Assembly: GCF_036321535.1 (NCBI RefSeq)
Contig: NC_087437.1
Span: forward strand, 10,666,001 to 10,730,000
Source: Camelus dromedarius
Lineage: Eukaryota
DNA length: 64,000 bases
Reading direction: 5' to 3'
A program made the position numbers and the translations under genes. The notes below the pieces were generated by a model that was not told the origin of the DNA, made no database searches, and worked only from the letters and a program-made list of their open reading frames with translations. Shown here piece by piece: positions 1-14,131 of this stretch; position 1 is the first letter of the stretch, and each line of letters opens with the position of its first letter.

Positions 1-157
1 GGCTTTTGGCTGTGGGTGAATAGGTGTTATGGCTGGAGTAATTAATAATCTAGTCATACGTGTTTTGTATCAGATGATAAAATCAGGTAAAATCAGTATG
101 AGTTGTCAGTGCTCACTTAGGAGTAAGTAGAACTGTAAACAGTCTGAGGAGTAAATA

Positions 158-428
158 AAAGGACAGCTATTGTATGATTCCACTTATATGAGGTACCTAG
201 AATAGACAAATTCATAGAGACAGTCTAATAGAGGTTACTAGGGACAGGGAGAGGAGCAGATGCAGGGTTACTGTTTAATGGGTACAAATTTTCTGTTTGG
301 GATGATTAAAAAGGTTTGGAAATGGATGGTTGATGGTTGTACAATGTTGTGAATATGCTTAATGAATTGTACACTTAAAATGGTTAAAGTGGTAAATTTT
401 TGTTACATATATTTTACCGCAATAAAAA
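158..428 (+). mobile_element. Ancient L1 3' end (L1MB-like)
   Basis: tgtatgattccacttatatgaggtacctagaatagacaaattcatagagacag ... gtacacttaaaatggttaaagtggtaaattt ... ttttaccgcaataaaaa matches the L1MB-type 3' UTR terminus. Confidence 0.85.
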
Positions 429-1419
429 TGTAATCACTCTCAACGCAAAAACCAAGGCTGGGAGGAAGGAAGGTAAAATAGAGTGCTAAGAATACCATTG
501 GTAAGATGCCAAACCTAGTCCACCAGAAGAAAGCAGTCACATGGCTGGGCTGTGCAGACTGATAGCACTGAAGACCCTCTCTGTGCGGGCTGAGCGCTGA
601 GCCAGCAGGAGCTGCCCCATCACAGAACATAAGCCTCGGCGCACCTGGGCCGGCAGGCTGGAGTCTCCACACTCCGTGTCCAGGGTGCCAGCTTAGTGAT
701 GCTGGGTCACGGGGCTCTGAATTCCCCAGTTAGCGAAGTGTTTGCACCATTACATTTGCGTTTTTCAGTTGACCCATTGAACTCTTTTTCTAAAACAAAC
801 TTATTTCATAACAATTCTAAGCATAGAAATTTCCTTCTGTGCAACTTGCAAAACCATCTAAGTTACTTTTCTCTAACTTCTCAGTTTTTGTTTTGGTATT
901 ACCCACTGTCGTCAGTTCCTGATACTCTGGAGGGTTCCGTAAAATAGTTCTTTTGGGAATAGTCTCTAGGTGCTCTTTGTATTCACTTTTGGAGAAATTG
1001 TTCTTATGAAAATGATGCACTGTTACTTATTTTGTACAGGATAATATTTCCTAAGAATATGGAGATTGTATTCACATGGATATATTTTTCTTTGGCTGAC
1101 ATAATAGTTTGTTGGGTTTTTTTCTTTTTTGGACTATAGGATTTAGCAGGCTCCTGACAAGATTATTTGTCTTAAAATATATCTTTTAAAAAGCACTTTC
1201 TGGTTGAGTTTTGTAGATGTTTTCTACTTTGAACCGCCTACAGATTTACTGATATTGTGGTTTTCTATTTGTTATGTATTAACAAAAACATCATTATATC
1301 TTTGCTTTTGGCATTGATATTTGTCTATATCTAAATCACAATACTCACCATCACATTTTAGTAAATTAGTAAGTAATGTAAATATACAAGTTTATATTTG
1401 TATATATAACAATAGTAAT

Positions 1420-1610
1420 ATAGCAGCTAATATTTATTGGATGTTTATTTATTGTTTGTTTATTTATGAAATGCTTTATTTATTTATGGATTTGCTTTAT
1501 GTACATCGGGAGCGTTTAATCCTTACAATAACTATGTGGTAGATATATTATCCCCATTCTGCATATGAGCAGTCTAAAGTGTTAGCATGGTTGGCTGCTT
1601 ACCCACAATA
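1420..1610 (-). mobile_element. MIR SINE (degraded)
   Basis: agctaatatttattg ... tttaatccttacaataactatgtggtagatatattatccccattctgcatatgag is the reverse MIR core. Confidence 0.7.
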
Positions 1611-2674
1611 ATACTGCTAACACATTCCACAGGTAGGGTTCTTCCCCCCTCCCCAACCCCGCGTAGGCAGGGTTTTTAACTACCTAACTGTAAGTTAACG
1701 AAAAGGTAGTTCCCAGAAATCAACCTGAGTTGCCAATTTTATTAACTATTAGTTAAAAGCTATGTATTTTTAAATACTATTTTCATCATGATAGTAAGTT
1801 TGAAATAAATTTACAGTGTACACGTAAATCATAGTTCAGGAATAAAGACACTGTATTGCCTGTGTATTAACACATTAAGCACTCGACAGAATGCTGATTG
1901 GACATCTGATGTGTGCTATGTACAGGGTTGATGAAAAGATTCAGAAATATAATCACTGTCCCCAGGAGACTTAAAATCTAGTTAAATGTTTCACAGCCTT
2001 TTCTCTTTTTTTCTCAACCTAGTCCTCTCTTCGACGAACAGCCAAACCAAATACCGTGCCCTCCTTTATTTAAAATCTGAAAATAAATTGCATTCAAATA
2101 TTCTTTGCCATCCAATTCTGCTTGGTTCTTGAGTTTGTATAGTGAAGGATACCTCATTATTTAAATATTTTTATTCCCTATGTTTTGGATAGTGAGTAGT
2201 AATGAAAGCTTGAATAGCAAAGGAAGACAATTGCATCTTAAAAAGCTTATTTAATTTCCTGAGTTTGGTTGGTGTAAGTTCAGTGAGGGGGAATTTGAAT
2301 TGTATGTGTATCACAACTTAATAATGAAACAATACTAAATGGAATGAAGTTGTGATTTAAGACATTATTTTTACCTGTCCATCACTGCTCTCCTGTGTAC
2401 CTTTGAATGTAAAGATACTCCGCAAGAATTCTTATTCCTCTCTAAAGATAATTGTCACAGAAATTTAACAACTAGATTATGTTGATATCTTCATGTTCTG
2501 TTTATGCTGGCTTATGTTTGCATGTAAGTAGGTGAAATGGTTTTTTAACACATAGTTAAAAATAGGGTCTGCAGTGGCTTATACTAAGACCAGTGGAAGG
2601 GTGGAAAGCCCTTTTTTGAAATAAGCCTTACTGTGGACTTATGAATAATATATGCTATTCTGCTAAAAATATAA

Positions 2675-3615
2675 TCAATCAGTTCATTCAGTGAATTGAG
2701 TAATATGTGTCAGGCTTGGTGTGAACTCTGTGTGCATGGAGCCTGGCCCCATGAAAATTAAAATCTAGTCAAGTTCTCTGCTATTCAAGAGGCAGTACTG
2801 GTGGTCTGGAGACATGACTTGAATTGGCATCCTGGCTCTTCCACTCACTAGCTACTTGAACTTGGGAGAACCGTTTAACCCCTTTATACCTCAGTTCCCT
2901 CCTGTAGTTAATAAAGGAGACTGGGGGGAGAAAGAGAAGAGAGGGGAATTCTAATTGCTTCTACCTCGTGGGGATTTGTGACGATTAAATAAACAAACAT
3001 ATGAAGGGCTTAGAACAGTGCCTAATCTAATAAATATTAGCAGTTTTTATGATTTTAATGTGGAGACCAATGGTTAGAAAAAAACTACACATTAAGGAGA
3101 TCTTAGCCTGGTCTAGGAGGGTCAGGGATGACCTTCCTGAGGACGTGATTTGCGCCTGAGAAGTGAAAGAGGAATCGGGTTGGCTGACTGAAGCGGGAGG
3201 GGCGTGGAGGGTGGGAGGGAATCTCAGGCTGGGAGCAGCGAGTAGGGGTGCCGAGCCTGGTCAGAGGAGCATGAGGACCAGCACAGGCCAAAGGGCTGAG
3301 TGAGGATGAGGCAGAAGGGGTGATGGGGGCCACATCTGGTATGGCTGCTGAAATCCTTTAGAAGGATGGTTTTAAGCAAGGAATGATTTTATCTTACAAG
3401 GATCATTCTGCATGCTTTCTGCAAAATGTTTGGAGTGGCAGAGTAGGTGTGTGGAGCACAGTCAGAAGGCTGTGGGAAAGTAAAAGATGGTAGCATGGGG
3501 TGAAGTGGGAGGTGGATGGAAGTGCGTAGATCAGAGTATATTTTGGACCTAAAATAATCGTGACTTCATGTTTTATTGGCTTTGAAGAATGCGGGGGGAG
3601 CTGGAGTAAGATTTG
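2675..3615 (-). mobile_element. L2 LINE 3' region, interrupted by a MIR
   Basis: tcattcagtgaattgag...tgtgtcaggc...aaaatctagt, then ggagggtcagggatgaccttcctgaggacgtgatttg...ttttaagcaaggaatga, typical reverse L2. Confidence 0.65.
2790..3045 (+). mobile_element. MIR SINE
   Basis: atcctggctcttccactcactagctacttgaacttgggagaaccgtttaacccctttatacctcagttccct ... cttagaacagtgcct...taaatattagc. Confidence 0.8.
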
Positions 3616-3861
3616 GGAGAGAGAATGACATCTCACTGTAATGTTTGATTTTTTGTTTGCCATGTGCATCTATTACTTTTTAAATGAAAAATCATTTTAG
3701 AAATTAGAAAGAATAAGGGAGAAAAAGTGCCAGTGAGGACTCCCAAAATGTCAGAGAGATGGTAAATATATTGCAGGTGAGTCAAGAGAGTTGAGGGAAT
3801 GTTCTAAGCTGAGCCTGAGGATGTACTATCATTTGCTGATAATATTGAGAAATTTGTGGAG

Positions 3862-4020
3862 CAGTGGTCCTCAAGGTCCCAGCACAGGGACAATGATGAA
3901 TGTCCTACCCTAGACTTAACCGACTCAGAATCCCTGGGTGTGAGGCCCTCCCACCTGCGTTTTCATCAGCCCTTGGATGATTCAGATGATTCCAAGGCAT
4001 GCTAAAGTTAGAGAACACTG
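3862..4020. mobile_element. MER5A-like hAT-Charlie MITE
   Basis: Terminal inverted repeats cagtggtcctcaa ... agagaacactg; internal cctagacttaaccgactcagaatccctgggtgtgaggccc. Confidence 0.75.
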
Positions 4021-4115
4021 TTCCTAGAGGCGCAGTGGGAAGGTTCACGAAGAGGGGCAGATGGATGTTAGAGTCAAGGACTTAGTTAGTTTCATGGAAT
4101 GACAGTGCTCTTGAG

Positions 4116-4416
4116 CAGGGGTCAGCAAACTCTAGCCAAATCTGGTCCACTGCCTCTTTTTGTACAGCCCACACCCTAAAAACAGTTTTTATAATTTTTG
4201 AAAATGGTTGAAAAAAACTTAAAAGAAGAATAATATCTTCTGACAAATGATAATGATATTAAATTCAGAATTTAGCATTCCTAACATTTTGTTGGAACAC
4301 AGTCACATTCATTCATATGTTGTCCATGGCTACTTGGCTCAGTGCAAGAGTTGAGTGCTTGCAACAGAAACCATACAAAGCCTGTACTTCTTACTATCTG
4401 GCCCTTGCTGAGCCCT
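4116..4416. mobile_element. MER58(B)-like hAT-Charlie DNA transposon
   Basis: caggggtcagcaaact...gccaaatctggtccactgcct...ttggaacacagtcac...ttactatctggccctt; degenerate 8-bp flanks ctcttgag/acctcgag. Confidence 0.8.
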
Positions 4417-6684
4417 ACCTCGAGCACTGGAGTGTACCGTATTTGGTGACTGGTGAACACCAAGGAGGGCTGCGTGGACACCTTGATACTCTAGCCTTGA
4501 AGGCAGAGGTTGGGTTCTGAGCCTCACGGGCAAAAACCTTAGCTTGCTTGGTTTGGAAAGATGAGTGCATACTACATGGGCCTTGCTTTGTGCTGTATGG
4601 GGGCCTGCAGTCCCAGAACCCACAGCTTTGCCCAAGGTAGTAACTTTCCTGGTGCTCTTTGTAATCAAAATAGTTTGGAGAAATAGTTTTCCTGAAAATG
4701 ATTCAGTATTTATTTTGTACAGTGATGTCATCTTGGTATTAAATGTATTGTGTGTAAAAAATATTCTGTGTTTTCACATAAATGTTAGATGGTCTTCTGA
4801 GGTCCTTCAGTCTGTTGACCATGAGTAGGCCTTTGTGGTTTGTTTGGATAAGAGTCAGTCTCATCAAGGAAAAAAAATTGAACTTTGGAAATGTTTGCTT
4901 TTGATTATGGTAAATAAGCTTGCACCCCAGCCTTCCTGCCAAGAGCAGCTAGGAAAACTGGGCAAAACAGAATCTGTTCTGAAGGCATTGGAGAAGTAGT
5001 CGGTCAGTGAGCACTGAGGGGACCAGGAGCCCAGAGAACAGAAGGACAGAGCGAGGAGCTTAATGTTCTGTCCTGCTTTCCGCCCATGGTCATTTGCCTG
5101 CGTCTCAGCAGTGGCTAGCATCTGAGCGGGGGTTCTGGAACTCCTGGGCCAGGGGTTCACAATTGGAATCCAGTGATTGTTGAGAGGGAATGGTCAAGCT
5201 AAACACCTTGGGCTTTCAGTTAAGACCCCCAAAGGGTAACACCATACCCAGAAGGTCTTTAGCCCAGCCTCCAGTCAGCCCAGTCTTTTGTTGGATTGAG
5301 GTGATGAGCCCCAGAATTGCTTTGATTTTACTAATATTACCATGGACTATGAATCAGATAAAACAGTTGAGCCCAGTAATTAAGCCCTTGGTGTAGACCC
5401 TGGGAAGAATCAGGACAGTGGGGGGAAGGCCCTCCAGTTTGGAAACAGCAGGAGAGGGGAGAAGGACCATTTACGTGAGTGAACTGCTGCCCTGGTGACG
5501 GTGAGGCTTGGGGTGGGGAGCCCTGGTCGGGGAGGAGCCGCTGCTGCTTTACAAGGCGTGCAGAGAACTGCCTCGATGCCTCGCAACTGTCCTCTTAAGG
5601 ACAAACCAAACAACAGAAGACGGAGGGCCAGGCAGCAGTAAATCTAGATGCTAGTGCTGCCGTTTCCCGACAGCCACCCAATGCATCCCTCTGAGACCGC
5701 AGAGACAGGCAGCGGGTGTCTGTTTCTTCCTTTTGGTTCTAGGGTGGTAAGAAGTACTTAATTTGTTTAAAACACGTTAAGTAGGTTCTGGAACATTACA
5801 ATAAACCGCCTATAAATCATCCACGTTCTCTGAGAGGCTTATCTTGCACAGGACTCACTGTGTATTTGGGTGAATGGGAGTAAAATTAATTTCTCAGACA
5901 AGGTGACTTCTGAGCTTAGTCATTCTTGTGGTTTGTTGCCTCCTCACCCTAACTCCCTCCCTCATCCACATTTTGGGAGTCATACCTCTTTTTTTTCATT
6001 TGTTTAAGAATGAAGCCAAAGTCTTCTTTAGCTTCTAATGCCAAGAAGAGCTTAGTCAGTTTTCTCTCTGTTCATGTGTTCTGTGGTGACCTACCAGACC
6101 AGAGAGGAGACTGGGTGTCAGTGCTGCCCCTTCTCTCAGTCCAGGTGTGTGAGAACTGCTTCACAGCCAAGGGCATGACTTTCAAAGCAAAATTCAAGAG
6201 AGTGTTTTTAATTTGATTATAGCTTTACTAAGTATACAAGTGAATGCAATGAAATTGAATTTCCTGCAACTTAATTAAATCACCTGAGTTACTAGCATAT
6301 TCATTATCCAAAGCTTACTGGTAAATTTGGAAGATTTTCTTACATTACTCTTCTAAATATAATGTGTGTTCAAATTAACCATCACCTCTGTGTTTTGAAG
6401 AGTTCTCTTCTTTCGATTACTGTGCTTTTAAAAACTTTTCAGTGCTTCCTGTATTTAGTCAACTCACAATTAGTATAGTGGCTGTAATTATAATAGTTTA
6501 TTCTTGTATATAGCAGGTGTTCACCTATGAGTTTATAGACAAACATTGCCAGAAGGTAGAATATCTCAAGATTTGGTTTAAACCTTGAAACTTGGGCCAA
6601 TGTTAAGGTTCTCACCTTCCTATTTTCAGGCATTTATTTCTTTATAAAGTCTCAGTTAGGATTTACTGTCCTGAGGTCTCATGG

Positions 6685-6943
6685 TGTAATTTAGTGGGAT
6701 TTAGAGGAAAGAGTGTGGTCTGAAGAATCTAGGCGATCAGTAGACCTGAGCCAGGGTCCTAGACCTGCCATTTTCTATCTGTGCGACCTCAGGCAAGCTA
6801 CCTAACCTTTCTGTGCTTCAGTTTGTCTATAAAGTGGAGAGAATACTTACTTTTTCATAGGAATAAAGATAATACTGCATGTAAAGTCGTTAGAACAATG
6901 TTTGGCACGTAGAAAGCACTCAGTAAATGTTAGTTATTACTAT
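6685..6943 (+). mobile_element. MIR SINE
   Basis: ctgtgcgacctcaggcaagctacctaacctttctgtgcttcagttt ... tggcacgtagaaagcactcagtaaatgttagttatta. Confidence 0.85.
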
Positions 6944-7464
6944 CCCTGATGATAACAAACATCACTTTTATTACTTCATGCCTGCTACAGGCAGTCGTGG
7001 TGCTGGAGATGTGGTCGCAGCCCAGTGGGAGTAGAGAGCAGGAGATGGAAAGGTGGAAACCACAGTGTGCTGTCGGCTGTAGGGAGAGGTTAGTGCGTGT
7101 GCTGTGCCACCCCGTGTGAGAGGCGCTAGCTTGCACGACCTCGCTCCACCTTCCCCAGAGAATGGTTATTCCCACCTGCAGATCCAGAGGTCATGAATGA
7201 TGGGAACCTCGGTCCTCAGACCCTCAGGCTTGCCGTATATGATCATGTAGTTCCGTGATGAATGAATGTCAGGTAAAATAAGTTCGTTCTGCATACTTAC
7301 GAAGCATTTTGTTCCTCTTTGTGGGAGAACACACAGGAAATGGAAGACCTCATTGTCATTACGAACTTTATACATATGGAATGGCTAAATTATAAAAGGC
7401 AGTGCGGGCTCTGTAGCAAGATGGTGACTACAAATAACTATTAGTAAATTTTTGTTAGTAAACC

Positions 7465-7936
7465 TTTTTTAACTTTTAAAAAATGATAACATATTTAGAA
7501 AAGTGAAGACAATATACATGTGTGGCATAATGAATTATCATAAAGTGGACACCCAGTAACCACCACCCAGACCGGGAATTAGAACTTTGCCAGCTCCCCT
7601 CACCCCAGAAATCCTCCACCTTCTTTTTCCTAGTCTCTCCCCTTCTCTCTCGCCAAAGGCAGCCACACTGTCCTGACTTTTATGATAATCACTTCCCGAC
7701 TTTTCTTCACAGTTTTGCCGTCTCGTGTGCATTGCTAAGCGTTATAATTCTTTATCTATTTTTGAACTACATTTGTGAAATCACACACTGTACCTGGGTA
7801 TCTGGCTTCTTTGTACATTGTTTTTAAGATTCATCTGTGTTGTATGGAATTGGAGCTTGTTCATTTAATTTACGTTGTATTCCATTTATAAATGTAACAC
7901 ATTTTATTCATCTGTTCTGCTGTTGATGAATATTTA
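7465..7936 (-). mobile_element. Ancient L1 (L1ME-like) 3' region
   Basis: gtaaccaccacccag...agaactttgccagc...tgacttttatgataatcacttcc...tctggcttcttt...ttttaagattcatctgtgttg...ctgttgatgaatattt. Confidence 0.8.
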
Positions 7937-9799
7937 AATGTAATGGTTTCTTTAAGCTCCTGATGCCAGGAAATGGCGTTTTCCTTTTCCATTCTCAGAC
8001 ATCGTTACTTCCATTCATTTGAGGATATGTTGGCCACACAGACATAGTCCCTTGTGTGGATTGGAAAAATATTCCGTTGACCATAATCTTTCTAGAATGA
8101 TAAACACTGTCCATTTTTCTTCTGGGTCATTTCTGTAACATCAGAATTTGGAGTATCCTGCAGGCACTTCTCCCTTTATTAGTTTGTGTTGGTTAAATGA
8201 GCACTGAAGAAACTTGGGAAGTAGGTTTCCTCAACACCACCTGTTTTTTGCCAAAATATTCGCTGTGCTCTGGAGTGTCTGATCTCATTGTCTTGGTCTC
8301 CCTGCTCTGTCCCTCTTTGGGAATGGCTGGCATATCCCCAAGAACCTAAGAATTCAGGTCCTAGGAGAGACCTGATAGTGACAGCTTCAGACTGGAAAAG
8401 TTGAGAAGACAAATTTCCCTTTTTCCCTGTGTACCTCTGGAGAACTCGGTAGAGGAGTGTATGTTAAAGGGATGGGTGCTGACGTGAACATTTTCGCCTC
8501 ACCTCTACGTTGTCGGCAGAATGGTATTTCACTAGTTTTATTTTTTACTTCTTTACCAGTAGAGTAAGTTTTCTGAAAACTATTAGAAATGTGGTCTTTT
8601 TCCCAGGAAGTTTCAAGAAATTCTGAAGGCATAGAGTTTTATAGCCAACACCTTAACGTGGATGATGCATCTTATTTCTTTTAAGTGGTCTGGATTGAAA
8701 CCTTGAGATCAAGTCCCAGAAACACAAATTTCATGTTAAATGCTTTATTAACTAACTATTCGTGTAATTATGAGAGAACTAGTAGAATACAAACTTTTTC
8801 TTCTTAATAAAATGAAATTAAAACCTTAATGAAAATTAAAAACTTAGCCTATAAAAACCAATTCAAAATATTTACAAAACCATGTGCACAACTCAGTTTT
8901 CTTCTCCTGCCAGGCCGAACCTTTATGTTATAATTTACTGTTCACTTTTTGCATCATGAAGTACATTAATTTACGTTAACATATTGCTAGTGTGAAACTG
9001 AAAGATAAAACATTATATAGACAATTTCTAGGCTCTTTCTCCCTTTGCTGAAGTTAATTGCATCCTTGTTTGGCACTTGAGTTGAGAATTACAGTCCTTA
9101 CTCTGCTACACAGAGGGGTGAGTGCTTTTAAAATTATTCCCTTCTCTTGAACATTCTAATACTTCAGAGAATGAAAAGGGCAACCCATTTCTATTTGAAC
9201 TCTTACCATTCCATTGATAAAACAAAATGCTGCTGATAAAGTTTTATGCACCCCCGCTAATATAGTTTTGGAGAGATTCTGAGCTTATATTTTACAAAAT
9301 AAAGAGATTTGACAGAATACCAAAGTTGGGAAATCATGTTCCCATTAGAAAAGACATAAACATTCCTACAGATTAGGATTCTTGAGTAATCTGTTTGCCT
9401 AATAAACCACAGTTAGTCATAACAGAAAACAGACAAAAAGGAATACAGTGAGCCATTTAATTTATAGATGAGGAAAACTTATAGCGGGGAGGTGCCAGGT
9501 CCTATCGGTTGGAGCGTATGGCTCGCAGTTCACTCTCAGGGCTCATCCTGAGATGTGCACGTGGCCGGAGAAGGGCATAGATGAACCTGCATGTGTGCAC
9601 GTGTGGACGTGGGGCGTGTGTATGTGTGTACATCAGACCATGCCTTTCAGTGCTGCCGTCAGTACGGGAATTCACGTCATGTCCACTTAGGTAGAAAACC
9701 AGGTCCCCTACCAAATTGTAGTAACCTTTAAAGCCTCCAGTTCACTTTCTTACAGCCTCAGGTCCCTTCCCTTCCCTCTCTCCCTCCCTCCTGTCACCT

Positions 9800-10288
9800 A
9801 CTCCTTTTTTGCCTCCTCCCTTCCTTCCTTTTTACACTAGTACTTAGAACTAGTTCTGCGTACTAGAGATTCAGTTGTGGACGTCTCTGTTCTTGCTCAA
9901 TTTATATTTTAGTGTGGCGAGAGAGAGAGTACTCAACAAAAACACGCACGAGGAAACATCAGATGTGACTCTGCTCTGTAGACAGTTAAGACAGGGTTCT
10001 GCTGGAGAGTGATTCGTGTTCCCTTAGAGTGATGGTGAGTGAGGCCCTCTCTCAGGAGGTGATATTTAAGCTGTAGCCTGGTTGTCTTAGAAGGAATCAT
10101 GTTAATATCTTTGGGAAGAACATTCTAGGTAAAGGAACTAGTGCAGAGACTGTAAGGCAGGATCAGGTAACAGAAGGAAAACGAAGTGGCTGGAGTATGG
10201 TGAAAAGATGGTCCAGGATGAGCCCAGGGCAGTGAGGAGGGATTAGTAAGTCATGAAAGGCTTTGTAGGCTGGGAAAGAAGTATGGAT
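9800..10288 (-). mobile_element. L2 LINE fragment
   Basis: ggccctctctcaggaggtgatatttaagctg ... gggaagaacattctaggtaaaggaactagtgcagag. Confidence 0.8.
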
Positions 10289-10299
10289 GAAAGTAATCA

Positions 10300-10500
10300 A
10301 ATAATAATACTAGGAGCAGCTACTGTTTATTGACTGATTTTACTATGTGCCAAGCACTCTGCTAAGCATTTTACCATCTATTATCCAGTTTAATTCTCAC
10401 AATGCAGCGAGGTAAATATCGTCATCCCCATTTTTCAGATGAGAAAACTGAGGCTCAAGAGAGAATCCATTCATGTAAGATCACATATCTACAAAGTGGG
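10300..10500 (-). mobile_element. MIR SINE
   Basis: tttactatgtgccaagcactctgctaagcatttt ... catccccatttttcagatgagaaaactgaggctca. Confidence 0.9.
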
Positions 10501-13419
10501 GGGGGAAATGGAATTTTATTTGCGCTCTGGTCAGATGGAATCTAAAACCTGTCCTCCCAGCTCCCAGGCTGCGAGGAGTCTATACTATTCTTAACCTTCA
10601 CTTCCTGTCCCCTTTATCCCTCAAAATCATCTCTTCTTCGCTTGTGCAAATACTAGGACACAGCCAAAGAAGTCCATTATATGCCATGGAAACTGGCTTC
10701 CGATCTTAGTTTTATTTCTCCCACTTGTCACTCTAGGCCCCTTCCTTGATAACTTACACTATTTTTATTGGCAAAGAACATAAATTTAGAACAAGACTAG
10801 GGAATCACACAGCAGTGTCCGAGCGGTGTCAGCCCAGGACAGTGCTCCTACCTGGAAACCACTAGTACTTCCAAATCAAGTACACCAACACTGGCTGGAA
10901 AGCCATCTTGACCAGAACAATTTTCACATTTTCTAGTTTCACTAAACATTAATGGGTACTCCTTAAAAAAATGAGTCCTAGGTAAGGGTCAGGATTGATA
11001 ATGTTTAGAAAATGTTTTAGGAACTTAAGTCCAGAAGCTGATATTTTGTATTTCAAGAATACATTAGTTATTTTAGCTACACTGTTCTGAGGATTTTCAA
11101 CCGTTTTTAGTTTGGATATCCTTGGCAGACAGAAAAAAATATATATAGATAGATAGATCACATATCTATATACACATATAATGAGACCTTCTTTCATTAG
11201 ATACAGAATAGAAAAAAATAATTTTATCTGACATTTGTCTCTAGGTATATCGCTGTGATGTCATTAGGATTACAATGTATGAAATAAAGTCAGTATTCTA
11301 GTTATATGCTTTTGAGTGGACGTGCATTAGCAATAGCACAAAGGCTCCTTCTGATTTCAGTAACTTTCCAGGACCCCTGCCACTGGATGCAGCACAAGAG
11401 CTTTAGTGGTTGTGACTGTCAGTTGAAGGCTCATAATGAGCTTGTGGCCTTAATCTGATGCCCACAGCTTGGATGTGGTAGAGCCCAGCCACCCTCGACA
11501 TGCCTCAAGCTTGAAGGGCTCAGGGCTGCGTGATCAGCAGGGTGCGTGGTGGCCACAGGTGCAAATTGGATGCTTCTTTCAAAAAGTAAGGAACGATGGC
11601 AGTCTGATGTGCTGGGAGGTATTGGACTTTGCTACGTAAATGGTTTATACTTAGTCAGAATTGAATTAACAAAAATTTTTAGTAAAATTAGGCAAAGTTG
11701 ATCAAAAATTTAATGAAACTAAAATGAGTTTAATGTCTTGAATCTGTGTAATCATTTTTGTATAGTTACCACTTGTGCCTGATTGTACTTGATCTAAACA
11801 TTCAGAGAAATACCTGTAGGCAAGGTTTCATGGCTGCTGCAGTGACTGTCAGAAGCAGATAAAAATAGCACATCTTTCCAACATCTTCAGTTTTACTTCT
11901 CTGAAATCTAGTAAACTGAGTCTTGTACCATTAATTGCCAAGGTCTAGTTTGAAAATCCAACCTTGTGTTTCGTTCAGTTGTTTGTAAATTGTGGATGTC
12001 AGATCATACCACACTGTAATGAAGAGTTCTTTGTTGGTTCTGAATACACATATTTAGCTTCCAGTGGAGTAACACTGCAGCGATGGAGCAGAATTCTGTC
12101 ATCAGCGTGTTAAACCTTCAGTAATTATATGTGATAAATGGCATAGTGGGATAGTAGTGACTTTAAAAATAAACAAAGAGAACAAACAAAAAGCACTCTC
12201 TACTTGCAGCCAGGAGGGAGAATCGGCCCCATAAGTAACCAAAAGTGGACCACTGGTGCAGGTCTCATTCTTGCTTCTCTGTGTCTCTTTCTTCCTGCCT
12301 TGTCTCACAGCCGCTGCATTTTCTTTGCAGTCATGTGCATGAGCTGGATGCGGAGTCCTAGTGACTATGTTTCAGAAACAGAGCCCATGCCCCTAATCTT
12401 TGGATTCCACTCCTCTGACATTACTTTCTGAGAATGGTGTTGGATTCCATGCACACACGCGCATATGCAAACACACGTGCACACATGCAATAAATTTGTT
12501 TCTTAATAAACTCAGTAGTAAGGAAATTCTGCATGTTGGAATAGCATATGAGGAAAATCTTATTGGTATTCATCGAACATTGGCTTTTTATATGACTGCA
12601 GTAAGATTTGATGCCAGTATTTGAACTACTCTTCCTGCCCCTCCCTCCCCACCTAACTCTACATGACATCCATGCATCAAAAATAAATGTGCAAACCAAT
12701 GGACTGTTTCTGTAATTACCTTAGACTTACCCACAGGCTTACCGTCATTCTTTATCACATAAACCAGTTGTTCCTCCATTGAGCTGAGTCTGTTTTTTCT
12801 TGTTATTTGATGAAAAGATCACTTGAGCGACTATTAGAAATACAGTATTTGGAGTTGAACAAGTAATGGGTTAAAACTGTCTATTGGTTTTCTTTTTGTT
12901 TCATTTTGTTTTGTAAGTACTTTTCCCAAGTACTTTGTTTTGCACAGATTTTTTTTTTGAAGTCAGCATTTTTGCAGTTTAAAAAGCATGATTTTTATGC
13001 TCCGTGTTTAATATAATTACCAAATTTAGCATTCAAATATTTGTCAAGCCTAATGTGTCTGTGCTCAGTATGCCTATGGCAACAGGCAGAGAGACTTTGC
13101 CTGTAAATTTCCATCAGTTTTCTGCACTAATTATATCGTGGATATATTGAATGCAGGAGAATCTGAGATACGAGTAGTTTACCACGGTCTACTTCCCACT
13201 CTTTCGCTTAGTTCAGCTGCTTTGTTAGTTTTATGAAATCTGGCTTGTATACTTTGACTCAGGTATTCAGGTGTTTTTCTGACATGAAATAAAGTGTGGA
13301 CGAAGTTGATGCTGCTTATAATCAGTGCGTTCTTAAGAAGCAGATTCTAGCAGCAGTTTTCTATACGGTATCCTTAGGTTTGTTTTCATTTTAAAATTTT
13401 ATAGCTGGGAAGTCACATG

Positions 13420-13615
13420 GGACAGTGTAATGTGATGGACAAATCTAGGTCTGAATTCCAAAGTCGACTGTCTTGGTACTTTGTAAATTTGGGCAAGACA
13501 TCTCACTCTTTGAGCTTTTGTATCCCTTTTTTAAAACATGAATGTTTTTCCTGCCTCATTGAGTTGTAAGAATGAAATGAGGTTATGTAAAACATCTAAC
13601 ATGGTGTCCAGTGCC
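13420..13615 (+). mobile_element. MIR SINE
   Basis: tttgggcaagacatctcactctttgagc ... tgcctcattgagttgtaagaatgaaatgagg. Confidence 0.7.
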
Positions 13616-14131
13616 TTTCTTTAGTCGTGACGTCCCAGATCTCCTTAATGACAAGTGTCAGTCAATAGTCAGATCTTCTGACACACAGAGGTGATCTTCG
13701 ACCATAGCACATTATCAGTTTTTACCAGCTTGTAGGAAGTCTGGGTACTGGCAGATGGTTATGCCAAGTTACGACTTCTTCAACTTATTTTTCCCTGTAG
13801 CATTCTGTTAAAGGACTTTGCTCGAAAATTCAGAAAGTCAATAAGAGTTGGCAAGAAAGTGAAAACATTGAGAGGTGGCCAGGCTTTCGCGGGTTGCCTG
13901 TCAACTGCAGGGTACCCGCTGAGATGGGAACACAGGAGGAGGAAGCAGGTCTGAAGTAGACTCATCTGAGGGCTTCCATCAGATCTTTACCATTTTCTTC
14001 AGTCTTAACTTAGAAACTTTTATCGTTCTCAGTATTATTCATTTTAGAGAATTCAAAAATTTGCATAATTTGTCATTTGGAGACACCCTTTTATCCCCAA
14101 TTCTAGTCTAGATCAAAATAACAGAAATTCT

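Noticed and set aside
3701..3782. Exon with CAG|GTGAGT donor
   Set aside because: Weak acceptor, stops in all three frames, no other support
12449..12489. Alternating purine-pyrimidine (Z-DNA-prone) tract
   Set aside because: Degenerate CA/TG simple repeat, common in mammalian introns
13263..13377. Exon ending in a U12-type donor (GTATCCTT at 13368)
   Set aside because: An 8-mer is expected about once per strand in 64 kb; all frames from the nearby acceptors contain stops and I found no supporting U12 branch site
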